Below are positions 1 to 11,955 of a stretch of 64,000 nucleotides of DNA, one piece after another. The translations under genes were made by a program, and so were the position numbers. Source of the stretch: Bugula neritina (taxonomy: Eukaryota; Animalia; Bryozoa). Positions within the stretch are counted from its first letter, which is position 1, and each line of letters opens with the position of its first letter. Under the pieces are notes generated by a model that saw nothing but the letters and a program-made list of their open reading frames with translations, was not told the origin of the DNA and searched no databases. Location of the stretch: contig OZ037772.1 in the NCBI GenBank assembly GCA_964035545.1, positions 3,129,538-3,193,537 of the forward strand, written 5' to 3'.

Positions 1-54
1 ATATGGTAAAACTAATACTTAACCTATTTGTAGATTCTAAACTTTTAAATTAGA

Positions 55-430
55 CCTAATAGTAATAGTAATAGTAGTAGCAGCAACCTTGCGGTAACTC
101 CTACAGTTAATCCTAGTTCTATCATCTATCAGTATCATTATGATTATCATTATGATTATTACTATCAGTATCAGTACCACCATCACCATGACTTCAAGTC
201 TAAAACTATGAGTATCAGTATGATTGACTGTGAGAGTATCACCACCACTATGAGTGGTGGTGATAGTGAGTATCACTATCACTACAATACTTAATTAGTT
301 ACTTATAGTTATACTTATACTGTGAGTTATACTACTATCACTATCAGTATCACTACGACTATCACTATCACTATCACTATCACTATCAGTATCACTATCA
401 GTATAACTATGACTATCAGTATCAGTATCC
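55..430. repeat. Low-complexity degenerate hexamer repeat (ACTATC/AGTATC-like)
   Basis: Runs of cactat/cagtat/agtaat units visible directly; source of spurious ORF 37..282. Confidence 0.8.
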
Positions 431-995
431 GTCTTCTTGGGTTAGGCAAATTTTCAACTTCCGCGCTGGGATGAAAACTCAACTAATTTTATTTTCAAAG
501 CTCACGTTTAAGGAACTACAGTGCAAGCAAAAATTATCTAATATCGATGCTTAAAAACAAAAAGAAAACCTATCCATTTCAATTCAACTAATGCCTTGGG
601 CTTGTAGCTTACTCAATGTTGCCTAACAATTCACAACATCCGCTGCGTCTTTATTGTTAGCTAGGGAACCAAAAATCCGAACGACCTACATGACGTTTTT
701 CAGACTAGGGGGCTTGTTTCTTGTGTTATGTATTATAATCTTTTCCACCGATTTTCTCAATTTGTTTTTATGACCATGGGCAAGGCCAAGGTTTCTCCCG
801 CGGATCTGCAGCAAAAATGAAGAGGATTGTTGTGAAACAGAAGTTGCATTTGTGTAGTTTATCATTAATATTATTATTAATGATATTAGTTATTGATAAT
901 ATTAATTATTATTAATAATTTCTTGAATTTTATACTCATAATGATATGATTATGTCTATTTATTATTATATCCATATAATTACCATAATATCAAT

Positions 996-1808
996 TGTAG
1001 CAGTAGCTGGCAGCATGTTTACATGCACGCTGTGTGTATGCGTGTGTCATAGCCCATCGTCATAGCATATTAATAGCCCCTAAACAAAACAATAAATTCC
1101 TACAACTGCGCAGCAAAAGCCACAATCAATGAATCAAGTGTATTGCAAAAGCCTAAGACAACAAATCTGCCAGAATATTTCTGTTCCCTTATTTGGAATT
1201 ACTTGGGGCTGGTGGTGCAATTTGGGTGACCAATGGGATCTGGAACACATCATTTTTGTTTATTTGTTGTTTGTGTATTATTCTGCTGCTGTTGGAAAGC
1301 ATTGGTTATACTGATCAGTTTCAATTAGTAGAGCCAAAGAGCAAGTTATACTACTTATAATTTTACATTAAACAAGATATATATTACTATCTATTGAAAC
1401 CTAAGAGCAGAAGCTGTATTATCAAGTTATCAGAGAAGTGCTAAAAGTTTGTCTGCTATTAATTTTTCTATCATTTATTGTCTTAATGCTGTAATATCGA
1501 TACATTTAGCTTATATTATATGAAGTGGTTTATAGCTGACATTATTTTTAATGAATTATTATGCAGTAATATTTTGCTTACTTTAATAATTTTTATGTGT
1601 GTTATTTCCTTACAGTTCTTATATTCTTGTACTTTATTTAGCCTTATATTGTGTGTATTTTATTTAGATTTCACGGTGTAGCTTTGTGAGCAAAAGTGTT
1701 ATAAGTTGGAATAAAATACTAATAACTACACTCACAAGACATCAGTTGAATTCCTAAACCTACTCTGATAAGCTTGCGATTACTAGCAGACCTAACAAAA
1801 CTGCTACA
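996..1808 (+). repeat. BEL/Pao 5' LTR (813 bp)
   Basis: Direct repeat of 8618-9430; three substitutions seen on manual comparison; AATAAA at 1710-1715. Confidence 0.97.
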
Positions 1809-1825
1809 GTGAAATCTTTAACGAG

Positions 1826-2021
1826 GTCCAGAGAGACACCTTGTGACGCCCCGTAGAGCCACACCTGAAATAAAGTCCAGAGAGACACCTTGTGACGCCC
1901 CGTAGAGCCACACCTAAAATAAAGTCCAGAAAGAGACACCGTGTGACGCCCCGTAGAGCCACACCTAAAATAAAGTCCAGAAAGAGACACCGTGTGACGC
2001 CCCGTAGAGCCACACCTAAAA
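1826..2021 (+). repeat. Four tandem 49-51 bp repeats in the BEL 5' leader
   Basis: Unit gtccaga(aa)gagacacc(t/g)tgtgacgccccgtagagccacacct(g/a)aaataaa starting at 1826, 1875, 1924, 1975. Confidence 0.95.
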
Positions 2022-2606
2022 CAATCATCTGAAGGGACAACTCCTGAAGCTCAATAAAGCTATAGTACAGGAGGGTACTAGAAGATAAGTACATCTGTGC
2101 ATTTTAATGACATATTTACCACAAAAGCTTTAACTTTATATTAATTTCTTGTGCAAATTGCAATTTTTATTATATGAGGAGTATTGTACCAGTGAATTTT
2201 ATCTCTTCATGAAAATATCTAGAATATTTACTATTTCTGGTATTATTTGAACTTTTAAAAAGTTTTTGTGTTTGTAAAGCTAATTAGGAATCAGTGCTTC
2301 CAACAAAGCAGCACTAATTAGTGTGGGTGGAGGTAATGATAAGTGTTCCTGCATCCTATTGGTGGTTTGAATTGTTCATTAGCTTCCATTGGTCCATTGT
2401 GGGATTGACCCAGTTGTGTGGCAAAAACCCAGCTGCAGTTGTCAGGCTTGCTAACCTAGCACGTAATTAATTATCAAAACAAACAATCAAGTGAGGTTGA
2501 GGTTATATTTACGGCCTGATCTACTGCCAATTTATTGCACATAGCAGCGCATTAGTTTTATAGCGAATGGTATTTGTAAGTTTTTGCTGTAATCAAAATT
2601 ATTCAA

Positions 2607-4655
2607 ATGGCCAAAGCAAATGTTAGCCTGCTTGATCTAGATGACTATTCCGACAAGAATCTAGCAGCTCCGCTAATACAACCAGTTAGCAACAAATCAT
2701 GTACTAGCAATGCAAAAGGTGAAATTGTGGCGCCAACCAAAACAAGGCCTGTACGCACAATTAAAGTTTCAAATCTTGGCAAAGAGAGCCAGAAAAATGA
2801 GCTGGCATTTTCACTATATGCTGCTATAAACAGAGAGCTTCGTGCTGTTGATGTTATTTTTAAAAGATGCCGTAATGATGCTTATATGTTAGATACTATT
2901 GATACTTGTGTTGCTGAAATAGAAACAAAAGCTGAGTCTATTACATCTGATTATGCTAAACTTTTGCAATTATCTGACAATAAAGTGGAAACAAAAATAG
3001 AAAAACACTTTGAGTCTTTTATTGGGGAAGTCGGTAAAATTACAGAAAAGATTCTAGAGATACGACAAGGTATGGCTATCCAAGAGGAGAAATGCAAGGA
3101 ACAGGAAGAGCTAGCAAGTAAGCAGAAATTATTGGAAGAAGAGCAGCGCAAGTTTGAAGAGTATCTGGCTGAGAGGGAAAAGGTTCAACTGGTAGAAGAA
3201 CAAGCCCGGCAACTACAAATGGCCGCCGCGGAATCCACACCACTGAACAGAAACTCAGTGAGAGATGAGAAGAATTTAGAAGTGCGCGTGATCAGAACTG
3301 ACCCGATAGACTTGTGGTCTGCCCCCGCAACACCCCCAAACACTGATGTTAAACCCCGGGACAATCTTCAATACTCAAGTGGCAATGAGAGAGCAAATCA
3401 CGCATTCAAAACTAGCCAGTCAAGTGATGATTCCATCCGCCAACTCACCAATAAGATTGCTCAGGGAATCAAACTTACAAGGAAAGCAGATATTGAACCA
3501 GATATCTTCAAGGGCAACACTTTAGAGTTTGATGATTGGGAATGTGATTTTGACAGTTACTTAACATCCATGGGCATAGAGGAAGGACCAGAAAGGTTGA
3601 GATACCTGAAGAAATATGTAGACGGCCCTGCAAAAGAATGTATTAGCGGACATTTTCTAATACGAACAGAGCATAGCTACTACAAAGCACGTCAGAAGCT
3701 GTCCTCAAGATATGGTAACAAACTCGACGTAGCTCGATCAATGAAAAACAAACTAGATAACTGGAAGAAGATTGCAACAGATGACCACCAAGCCCTTCAG
3801 AAGTACGCAGATTACTTGGAGAGCTGCAGAAACGCTATGAGCTCAGTATCAGGGTTAACTAGCCTTGATGATGAGCATACTAATGAGAAACTTGCAAGAG
3901 TACTACCCGATTGGGCACATAAAAAGTGGGTAGCCGTGGTGCACCGCCTGCAAAAAACAGAAATGCGATACCCCAAATTTTCCGAGTTCTCTTTATTTGT
4001 GGATGACTTAGCAGAAATGTGTTCTCTACCGTTGATGCAAAACACTGAAAGAAATGAGAAAAGAAGACCAAATACAAAATCATTCATGACTAACACAGCA
4101 AGCGCCCAGGAACCACGAAAGTGCCTGTACTGTCACCAAAAGGGTCATATCGTGGCTGAGTGTTTCAAGCTATGCGAGAAACCCTACAGCCAACCCATGA
4201 AATTTGTAACAAGTGAAATGCTGTGCTACATCTGTGCCCGGCCTGGCCATATGGCTACCAATTGTTTCTACAATGACAAGCAGATCTGCAGAAAGTGTAA
4301 AAGGCCTGGCCATGCTACATGCCTACACAAAACAAAAGAAGACTGGAATGAAGAGAACCAAGGAACAGAGCACAAAAGGCCTAGTAAATACGCCTCTCAA
4401 CAGCCATCATCAGTACAGCAGAGTGGTGAACACGAGATGAAAAGGAGTGACATCCAAGCCTCACCATCTAACTTTTCAACTTTACAAGTGCAGCAGAATG
4501 GCCTGACAGTCGATCGCCACCTTCAGCACAAGACAATAAAGATCAAACCAAACTCTCAAGTAAAAACACAAGAACGCCTACACATAACAAGATCTTCAAC
4601 ATGGGGATGCCTGTGTATGTGTCAACCACTGCTAATCCTAAAGCCAAGATTCTAG
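2607..4655 (+). CDS. gag: BEL/Pao Gag (coiled coil, capsid-like region, three Cys/His knuckles); frameshift to pol frame after ~4472
   Basis: CLYCHQKGHIVAEC, CYICARPGHMATNC, CRKCKRPGHATCLH; EPDIFKGNTLEFDDWECDF capsid-region motif. Confidence 0.9.
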   Translation: MAKANVSLLDLDDYSDKNLAAPLIQPVSNKSCTSNAKGEIVAPTKTRPVRTIKVSNLGKESQKNELAFSLYAAINRELRAVDVIFKRCRNDAYMLDTIDTCVAEIETKAESITSDYAKLLQLSDNKVETKIEKHFESFIGEVGKITEKILEIRQGMAIQEEKCKEQEELASKQKLLEEEQRKFEEYLAEREKVQLVEEQARQLQMAAAESTPLNRNSVRDEKNLEVRVIRTDPIDLWSAPATPPNTDVKPRDNLQYSSGNERANHAFKTSQSSDDSIRQLTNKIAQGIKLTRKADIEPDIFKGNTLEFDDWECDFDSYLTSMGIEEGPERLRYLKKYVDGPAKECISGHFLIRTEHSYYKARQKLSSRYGNKLDVARSMKNKLDNWKKIATDDHQALQKYADYLESCRNAMSSVSGLTSLDDEHTNEKLARVLPDWAHKKWVAVVHRLQKTEMRYPKFSEFSLFVDDLAEMCSLPLMQNTERNEKRRPNTKSFMTNTASAQEPRKCLYCHQKGHIVAECFKLCEKPYSQPMKFVTSEMLCYICARPGHMATNCFYNDKQICRKCKRPGHATCLHKTKEDWNEENQGTEHKRPSKYASQQPSSVQQSGEHEMKRSDIQASPSNFSTLQVQQNGLTVDRHLQHKTIKIKPNSQVKTQERLHITRSSTWGCLCMCQPLLILKPRF

Positions 4656-7600
4656 TGTATGCATTTCTTGACTCTGCATCAGATCACTCTTACATAACAA
4701 AAGACTTAGCCAAAAAGCTGAAACCACGACAGCTTGGAAGAAAATTGGTTGAAGTAGAAACGATGATTGGTGAAGTTCAAAAGGAGGAAGTCAACATCTT
4801 TGGTGATATGCTAATTAAAGGATATTACGGCGGTGAAGTAGCTCTTTCATCTGCCTATGAATAAAACGAAATACCCAACTCCACTGGAGAATTTGCTAAT
4901 CACACGAACATACTACAGCAACCGCACCTCAGCCACTTGGCCAGTAAACTGGCACCCCCAATGGACATACCAGTAGGTCTCTTGATTGGCGCTAACTGTA
5001 CAATGGCCTCATTTCCATTGGAAGCTGTAAAAGGGGGTGATAACATGCCATACGCCCTTCGAACGGAGCTTGGCTGGGCTGTGTTTGGTGTCGCGAAAAG
5101 CTCACACACCAAACAAAAGGTTCATGCAACTTGTCTTACTTTTGACGATAATGATGACAGCTGTTTGCTCTCACAAGAAGACTACAAGTTTATTGAGATA
5201 TTAGATAGTCAAACAGCCATTAGTGAAAGCGGCAACTATATGATGCCATTGCCATTCAAGGAGCGCCCGACTCTCCCAAATAACTTTCAACAGGCAAAGA
5301 GAAGGCTAGAGGGCCTAGAGAAGCGCTTTATGAAAGACCCTGAACTGGAAGCTGATTATAAAAAATTTATGAATGAGCTACTGGAGCAAGATCTGGCTGA
5401 GCCAGTAGATGATAACAGTGGAGCAAATGGGGAAAGGTGGTACATACCACATTTTGCAGTGAAGCATCCCCAGAAGAATAAATTGAGGGTGGTGTTTGAC
5501 TGTAAGGCCTCCTACCAGGGCACATCCTTGAATGACCATCTCCTGCAAGGCCCTGACCACATGAACTCCCTTATAGGAATACTGTGCCGTTTTAGGAGAG
5601 AGTCTATAGCAATCAGCTGTGACATACAGCAAATGTTCTATAACTTTCTTGTCACATCCGATGACAGAGATTATCTCCGGTTCATTTGGCATGACCAACA
5701 TGGCCAACATCAAACCTTCAGAATGAAGGTGCATCTTTTCGGTGCAAAGTCCTCCCCTGGTGTTGCAACATATGGCTTGAGAAAAATCGCACAGGACCAC
5801 AGCTCTGTTTCCAATGCGGCCACAATGTTCATCAACCGTGACTTTTACGTCGATGATGGTATCACCAGTGTTGCCTCAGAAGGCGAAGCGATTGCTCTTA
5901 TAAATGCGGCTCGTGACATCTGCAGCAAGGGAAACTTGCGCTTACATAAGTTTGCATCTAACAGTGCAGAAGTTCTAGCAGCACTGCCAGAGTCTGAAAG
6001 ATCTGTTCAGAACAAAGAGTTAATGGAGTTACTACCTGAACAACGCACCTTGGGTTTACAATGGGCCATGGAATCAGACACGTTCAAGTTTATCAATCAA
6101 ATCCAGAACCGACAAAATACTAGACGGGGAATTCTATCAACAGTCAGTCAGTTATATGATCCACTAGGATTCCTGGCTCCATACACACTCCTAGGAAAAA
6201 ATATATTACAGCAGGTCAACAAGGCCAATCTGGATTGGGACGATCCAATTCCTGATACCTTAGCCGACAAATGGAGCAGGTGGATGGATCAGCTACCAGC
6301 CTTAGAACAAATCAGCATTCCAAGATGCTTGAAACCGAAGAATTACGGAGAAGTTGTAAGGCGTGAATTACACAACTTTTGCGATGCCAGTGAAGATGGA
6401 ATTGGTGCGTGCTCATACATACGACAAATCAACAACAAAGGCAATGTGCAAGTCTCATTCTTGATCGGAAAGTCAAGAGTAATACTATCTAAAGGACTTT
6501 TCACAATGCCTCGCTTAGAGCTTATGGGTGCTGTAATGGCTACTTATCTGAGTAAGATGCTTCACAAGGAGCTAGATATGAAGTTTGATGCAGAGTACTT
6601 TTGGTCAGACTCAGAAATTGTGCTAGGATGGATAGCCAACACCACGAAGAAATATCATCCTTTTGTCCACAATCGAGTACGGGCTATTACATCCACCACA
6701 GAAGAAAAGCAGTGGTACGATGTGCCTGGACCTTTAAATCCAGCTGACATCGCTTCTCGGGGTAAACCCTGCGATCAACTCTCCAATACAAGCTGGTTCT
6801 CAGGACCAGGCTTTCTCAAGGAGCCTACAATCACCCTTTTAAACCAAGAGCAAAATTTCATAAACAACCTTGATCCCCAAGATCCCGAGATAAAGAAAGC
6901 GAAAGTTATGCAAACCGCTATCAGACCAACTGGCATTATTGACAAATTTCTCAAGTTTTCCACCTGGTCAAAGCTTGTACGCTCTATCACAGTCATCCGA
7001 AGCATTCATCGCAATGAAAAGAAGACCTGGTGTGTTAAACCATGTTCCGCAGAGAGTCTCCATGAAGCTGAGACGAGAATTATCTCAGCCGTTCAGCAAA
7101 GCCACTACAAAGAGGACTACAGTACAGTAAAACAAGGACAGCAATTGTCAAAATCTAAACCTCTTGCTAACCTTAACCCATTCATTGATGGAGCCGGCAT
7201 TATGCGTGTAGGTGGGAGGTTGCAGAGATCACAGGTGCTCAGCTATGAAGAGAAGCACCCCATAATTCTCCCTCGTGATGCACATGTAACGTCTCTAATA
7301 GTCCGGCACTATCACAACAGCATTTATCACCTAGGGAGAACATCTACACTAAGTGCAATTAGAACTGCAGGGTACTGGATTGTCGGAGCCACAAGACTTG
7401 TGAAGTCTATGTTGAGCAAATGTGTCACCTGCAACAGGCTGCGTGGCAAGCCTATTACTCAAATCATGTCAATGCTACCCACAGAAAGACTAAATCCAAC
7501 ACCACCATTTACAAATATAGGCATAGACTGCTTTGGACCCTTTACCGTTAAAGACAGGCGGTCAGAAGTGAAAAGATGGGGCCTCCTTGTCACGTGCATG

Positions 7601-8422
7601 TACTCCCGAGCTGTGCATATAGAGTTGTTGCCGGATATGACAACAGATTCATTTCTGAACGCTTTAAGAACACTGATCTGCATCAGAGGAGCAATAAATA
7701 TGATTTACTGTGACAGAGGGACCAACTTTGTTGGAGCTGACAACGAGCTCACAAGAGAACTCCATGCGATGGACCAAGGGTCATCTGCACTAACAACATT
7801 TTTAAAGGAAAATCGAATCACCTTCCAGTTCAACGCGCCATATTCGAGCCATGCTGGGGGTGTTTGGGAACGCCAAATTCGTAGTGTATGATCTGTATTG
7901 GAAGGTATGAAATCTACAGGTAAGTACAACAGGCTGGATACACCGGGGCTCCGTACTGCCTTCTATGAGGCAATGGCTACGGTCAATAGCCGACCATTGG
8001 CGATAAACAGCTTGAGCGATCCTGAGGCACCTATACTCACTCCAAATCATCTACTCACATCAAAATCAAGACAGATAGGACCCCCACCAGGAAAGTTTGA
8101 GACCACGGAGATCTATGGAAGAAAAATGTGGAGAAAGGCTCAACAGCTTGCTGAAGAATTCTGGAGACTATGGAAAGTTGAATACATGCAGCAGATTACA
8201 AAGCGACAAAGGTGGGAGAACCAAACACGTGATGTTCATACAGGAGATCTAGTCATGCTTATAGAAGAGAACGTATTGCGAAATGAATGGCCCTATGGAT
8301 TGGTCAAGAAAACGTTGAGAAGTGCTGATGGCAGGGTCAGAAGAGTGAAAGTAAAGACTAACGCTGGGACAACACTAGAGCGTCCGATACAGAAGCTAGT
8401 GCTGCTACAGGAGCAAGAGTAG
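4472..8422 (+). pseudogene. pol: BEL/Pao pol (aspartic protease, RT, RNase H, integrase) interrupted by in-frame stops at 4862-4864 and 7889-7891
   Basis: ORFs 4601-4864 (FLDSASDHSYI protease), 4937-7891 (RT YVDD, RH, IN HHCC and DD) and 7898-8422 (IN C-terminus) are all in one frame, which opens at 4472. Confidence 0.93.
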
Positions 8423-8607
8423 TTATAGTAGCTAGCGACATCCAACTGCCACTGTATGAGGATTACAGTGCATAGTTATAATATCCATATTTTACAATAG
8501 CCATTATATAGTTTCATGTTATTTTTATAAAAAAAAAAAAAAAAAATGAAATAAATAAATAAAAGCTAAAATAAAATTGTAAATTCTCTTTTAATTTTTG
8601 TAAAATT

Positions 8608-8617
8608 AAGGTGGGAG
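8608..8617 (+). promoter_or_regulatory. Polypurine tract of BEL element
   Basis: AAGGTGGGAG directly abutting the 3' LTR. Confidence 0.8.
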
Positions 8618-9430
8618 TGTAGCAGTAGCTGGCAGCATGTTTACATGCACGCTGTGTGTATGCGTGTGTCATAGTCCATCGTCATAGCATATTAATAGCC
8701 CCTAAACAAAACAATAAATTCCTACAACTGCGCAGCAAAAGCCACAATCAATGAATCAAGTGTATTGCAAAAGCCTAAGACAACAAATCTGCCAGAATAT
8801 TTCTGTTCCCTTATTTGGAATTACTTGGGGCTGGTGGTGCAATTTGGGTGACCAATGGGATCTGGAACACATCATTTTTGTTTATTTGTTGTTTGTGTAT
8901 TATTCTGCTGCTGTTGGAAAGCATTGGTTATCCTGATCAGTTTCAATTAGTAGAGCCAAAGAGCAAGTTATACTACTTATAATTTTACATTAAACAAGAT
9001 ATATATTACTATCTATTGAAACCTAAGAGCAGAAGCTGTATTATCAAGTTATCAGAGAAGTGCTAAAAGTTTGTCTGCTATTAATTTTTCTATCATTTAT
9101 TGTCTTAATGCTGTAATATCGATACATTTAGCTTATATTATATGAAGTGGTTTATAGCTGACATTATTTTTAATGAATTATTATGCAGTAATATTTTGCT
9201 TACTTTAATAATTTTTATGTGTGTTATTTCCTTACAGTTCTTATATTCTTGTACTTTATTTAGCCTTATATTGTGTGTATTTTATTTAGATTTCACGGTG
9301 TAGCTTTGTGAGCAAAAGTGTTATAAGTTGGAATAAAATACTAATAACTACACTCACAAGACATCAGTTGAATTCCTAAACCTACTCTGATAAGCTTGCG
9401 GTTACTAGCAGACCTAACAAAACTGCTACA
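8618..9430 (+). repeat. BEL/Pao 3' LTR (813 bp)
   Basis: Direct repeat of 996-1808, followed by TSD TCAAT. Confidence 0.97.
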
Positions 9431-9462
9431 TCAATTATAATGATAATCATAATCATAATGAT

Positions 9463-9935
9463 AGTTACCTCTAGTTACCTCCAGATTACGATCATGCTAG
9501 ACCACTAGGTAGCAGAAGCGGCATGCCTCATATGTTTACGGTTGGTCAGAAAGTAAAATGCATACAATAGTCCATAAATTGGTTGCAGTGTGTGTTGCAA
9601 TATTGTTTATCAGTACGGGTAAGTTAATCTGTCAATGTTTAGATTATTTTGTGTGTAAATTAGTCTTGCAAGGATTGTTCCCTTTAAGGTCACGGATTGT
9701 CTGTGGCAAGAAGCTGTTATAATAGCAGTTATTATTGGTGCTGACTGATCTTGGCTGTCCTAGTGTTTGGGCCCCAGTTTGGATAAAACTTTCCGGGGTA
9801 TTTATTAGTTCGTCATACGCTGCAGAGAGTGCTGGGTGATATTCTTCCTTTTGGAGTATCCTCATAAGGAGTCTTAGTCGTTGAGTTCTTCTTTTTTCAT
9901 CGAGGGCGGCCTCGTTATTGATAATGTCAATCACC
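9463..9935 (-). mobile_element. 5'-truncated non-LTR retrotransposon (LINE) 3' end with 24-bp TSD
   Basis: Minus-strand ORF ends ...YYNSFLPQTIRDLK, a typical LINE ORF2 C-terminal motif; flanked by AATGATAATCATAATCATAATGAT at 9439-9462 and 9936-9959; short tandem tail (agttacctc x2). Confidence 0.8.
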
Positions 9936-10898
9936 AATGATAATCATAATCATAATGATTATTATTTATATTTATAAATTATTATTAATATTGATATTAT
10001 AATTTTATGTTTATATTTTTGAGTTATACTTTAATAACAATATAACTATAATGATTGTCATATATCATTGAATTTGACATTTGATTTGTCATTTGATCAA
10101 TTTTGACATCGATAAGTTGATAATAATTATTATTAACATAATGATAATTTTCTTGTTGGTGTATTTTAAATAATAAAATCCTAATAGTAATAGTTGTAGC
10201 ATAAGTATAAGTTTAAGTTAACGTCTAGGCACGTCTTGAGTTTGTGATGTAACTAAATCAATATCAAGTTCAAGTTGTGATACCCTCATGATTATGATTA
10301 TAATGATCTTTGTACTTTATAGAGCATGATATTTCTTATTATTATTCTAAAACAAATGTTCATTTTCATACTTGTGTTGTTATTAAACTATATCAATAGC
10401 TAAAGGCCTGATTCTAGTTTTGAATGTTTAAAACGTACTTAACATACTGCACTTGCAGCTCTATTTTTCAAAATTCATCCTTCAGTTAATAATGCTATAT
10501 TACTAGTAACTTCTGCTACTTGGTAAGAATTTGCATACCATGCACTAAATCAACTTCATTGCAACTTTGAGCAAAGTGAAGCTACATCTGTTATACTAAT
10601 ACCTTGGTGATATTTTCTGACATATCACTTTTTTTGCTAAGAAAGTTTCTACGGTCATGTAATTCCCAACTTGTAGAAGGCATACAGTACTGACTTTTCT
10701 CTCTCGTCTATTACAGGAATATATGACATTACCTTCCTATTGCTCTTCAATTTTTTGTATTCATATTTTTTTAAATTTGTAATTACACTACACTACTGTT
10801 GTTAGGTTTGGATTTTCTCCCACATTTACAATGACAAAAATGGATTTGATTTTCACACAGAGTCTGATATGCTGTTTAGCTGTGAAGGAACTGTTAGC

Positions 10899-11955
10899 TG
10901 TGGCACGAAACCATTTGAGGAAATTCTCCTGGCAGATGCACACTCAAGGCAGATGGAAAATCGTCTCGAATCAAACAAGTCGTTGTGAAACGATTTGAAT
11001 TTTTCAAACAAGTGTGGTAACCAAACCTTGCACCAACTCAATGAAGTGTTCAATGGATCCATGTGGGCCTTCAAAGTGAGTTGGCTAATTTATTTGATAT
11101 TTATTTTTATTCATTTGATATCTAGTGAAACTATTTGCAGTATGATTTGGTCGCCATGTTGCAACTTAGAGTAACTATAACTTTGAGATTGTAAGCTAAA
11201 ATTTACACAATATGTTCATTAAAACTGTTCTCTGCTTGTCACCAATTGCAATATTAACTTTCTCTATAACCCTGGATTATATTAGCTCAGTATAATTTTT
11301 TAGGCTCAGTTCCTTAGAATATAGTGTTTTATGGTTAATTCAACTTAGCATGTTATGCACCGTCTGCTAATTTTTAGATACGTGAGACATTTTTAGAGGT
11401 GTGAGCTATGATCAAACAGTCAATCTTTTTTTACTTTGCTCTGCTATTCTTTCACCATATTCTACACTATTTTACCTTATTCTTGCACACCATTTTTTAC
11501 ATTACATTACATTCTTATTTTTACCTACTCTTACACCACATTCTACCTTATTTCACCTTATTCTTGCACCATATTCTACATTATTCTACCTTATTCTTGC
11601 ATCATATTCTACATTATTTCACCTTATTCTTGCATCATATTCTACATTATTTCACCTTATTCTTGCACTATATTTTATATTATTTTACCTCATTCTTACA
11701 CCATATTCTAACTTATTCTTACACCATATTCTACCTTATTCTTACACCACATTCTACATTATTCTTCAAGTGTTGGATGCTTGGGGAAATCCACCGACCG
11801 GATTTTCCACTGGAATACTCAACTGGGCTGGTGACTACCAGGAGTGTGGTGCCATCAGATCTACCTACGGAGAGAATGATGTCCCGGGTATGTTGCTCTA
11901 TCAGGGGAGCTACTGTTCCGAGATACACCCTAACATGGCGGCCAATGACGGACAG
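10899..11955 (+). pseudogene. NRF-6 / O-acyltransferase-like N-terminal (NRF) domain exons, disabled
   Basis: Exon ending ...CGNQTLHQLNEVFNGSMWAFK (in-frame TGA upstream, phase mismatch with next exon) and exon 11771-11955 LDAWGNPPTGFSTGILNWAGDYQEC...YQGSYC, matching the NRF consensus WA..MLDA.G..P.G...G...W.G.Y.EC. Confidence 0.72.
11445..11767. repeat. ~33-bp minisatellite (intronic)
   Basis: Unit ttattcttgcaccatattctacattatttcacc, about 9 degenerate copies. Confidence 0.85.

Larger units (their letters stand above)
996..9430 (+). mobile_element. Full-length BEL/Pao LTR retrotransposon, coding-defective copy
   Basis: Two 813-bp LTRs with TG...CA ends and 9-bp terminal inverted repeats (TGTAGCAGT/ACTGCTACA); 5-bp TSD TCAAT at 991-995 and 9431-9435; gag with three zinc knuckles; PR-RT-RH-IN order with Pao-type motifs (WYIPHFAV..LRVVFD, YVDD, HNFCDAS, NPADIASRG, GGVWERQI). 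Confidence 0.97.

Noticed and set aside
1129-1314. 61-aa ORF repeated at 8751-8936
   Set aside because: Lies within the two LTRs; no recognisable domain; the duplication simply reflects LTR identity
1826-2021. CRISPR-like appearance of regularly spaced repeats
   Set aside because: Head-to-tail units without unique spacers, eukaryotic context, no cas genes
4472-4510. Programmed -1 frameshift or PAM2-like motif (FTSAAEWP) at the BEL gag/pol break
   Set aside because: No X_XXY_YYZ heptamer in gag phase and only a weak motif match; a simple indel is more parsimonious
8529-8546. Poly(A) tract in the BEL 3' region as a retroposed insert
   Set aside because: No TSD or associated insert; A-rich 3' UTRs are common
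11401-11770. Overlapping His/Leu/Tyr-rich ORFs
   Set aside because: Translations of the 33-bp minisatellite
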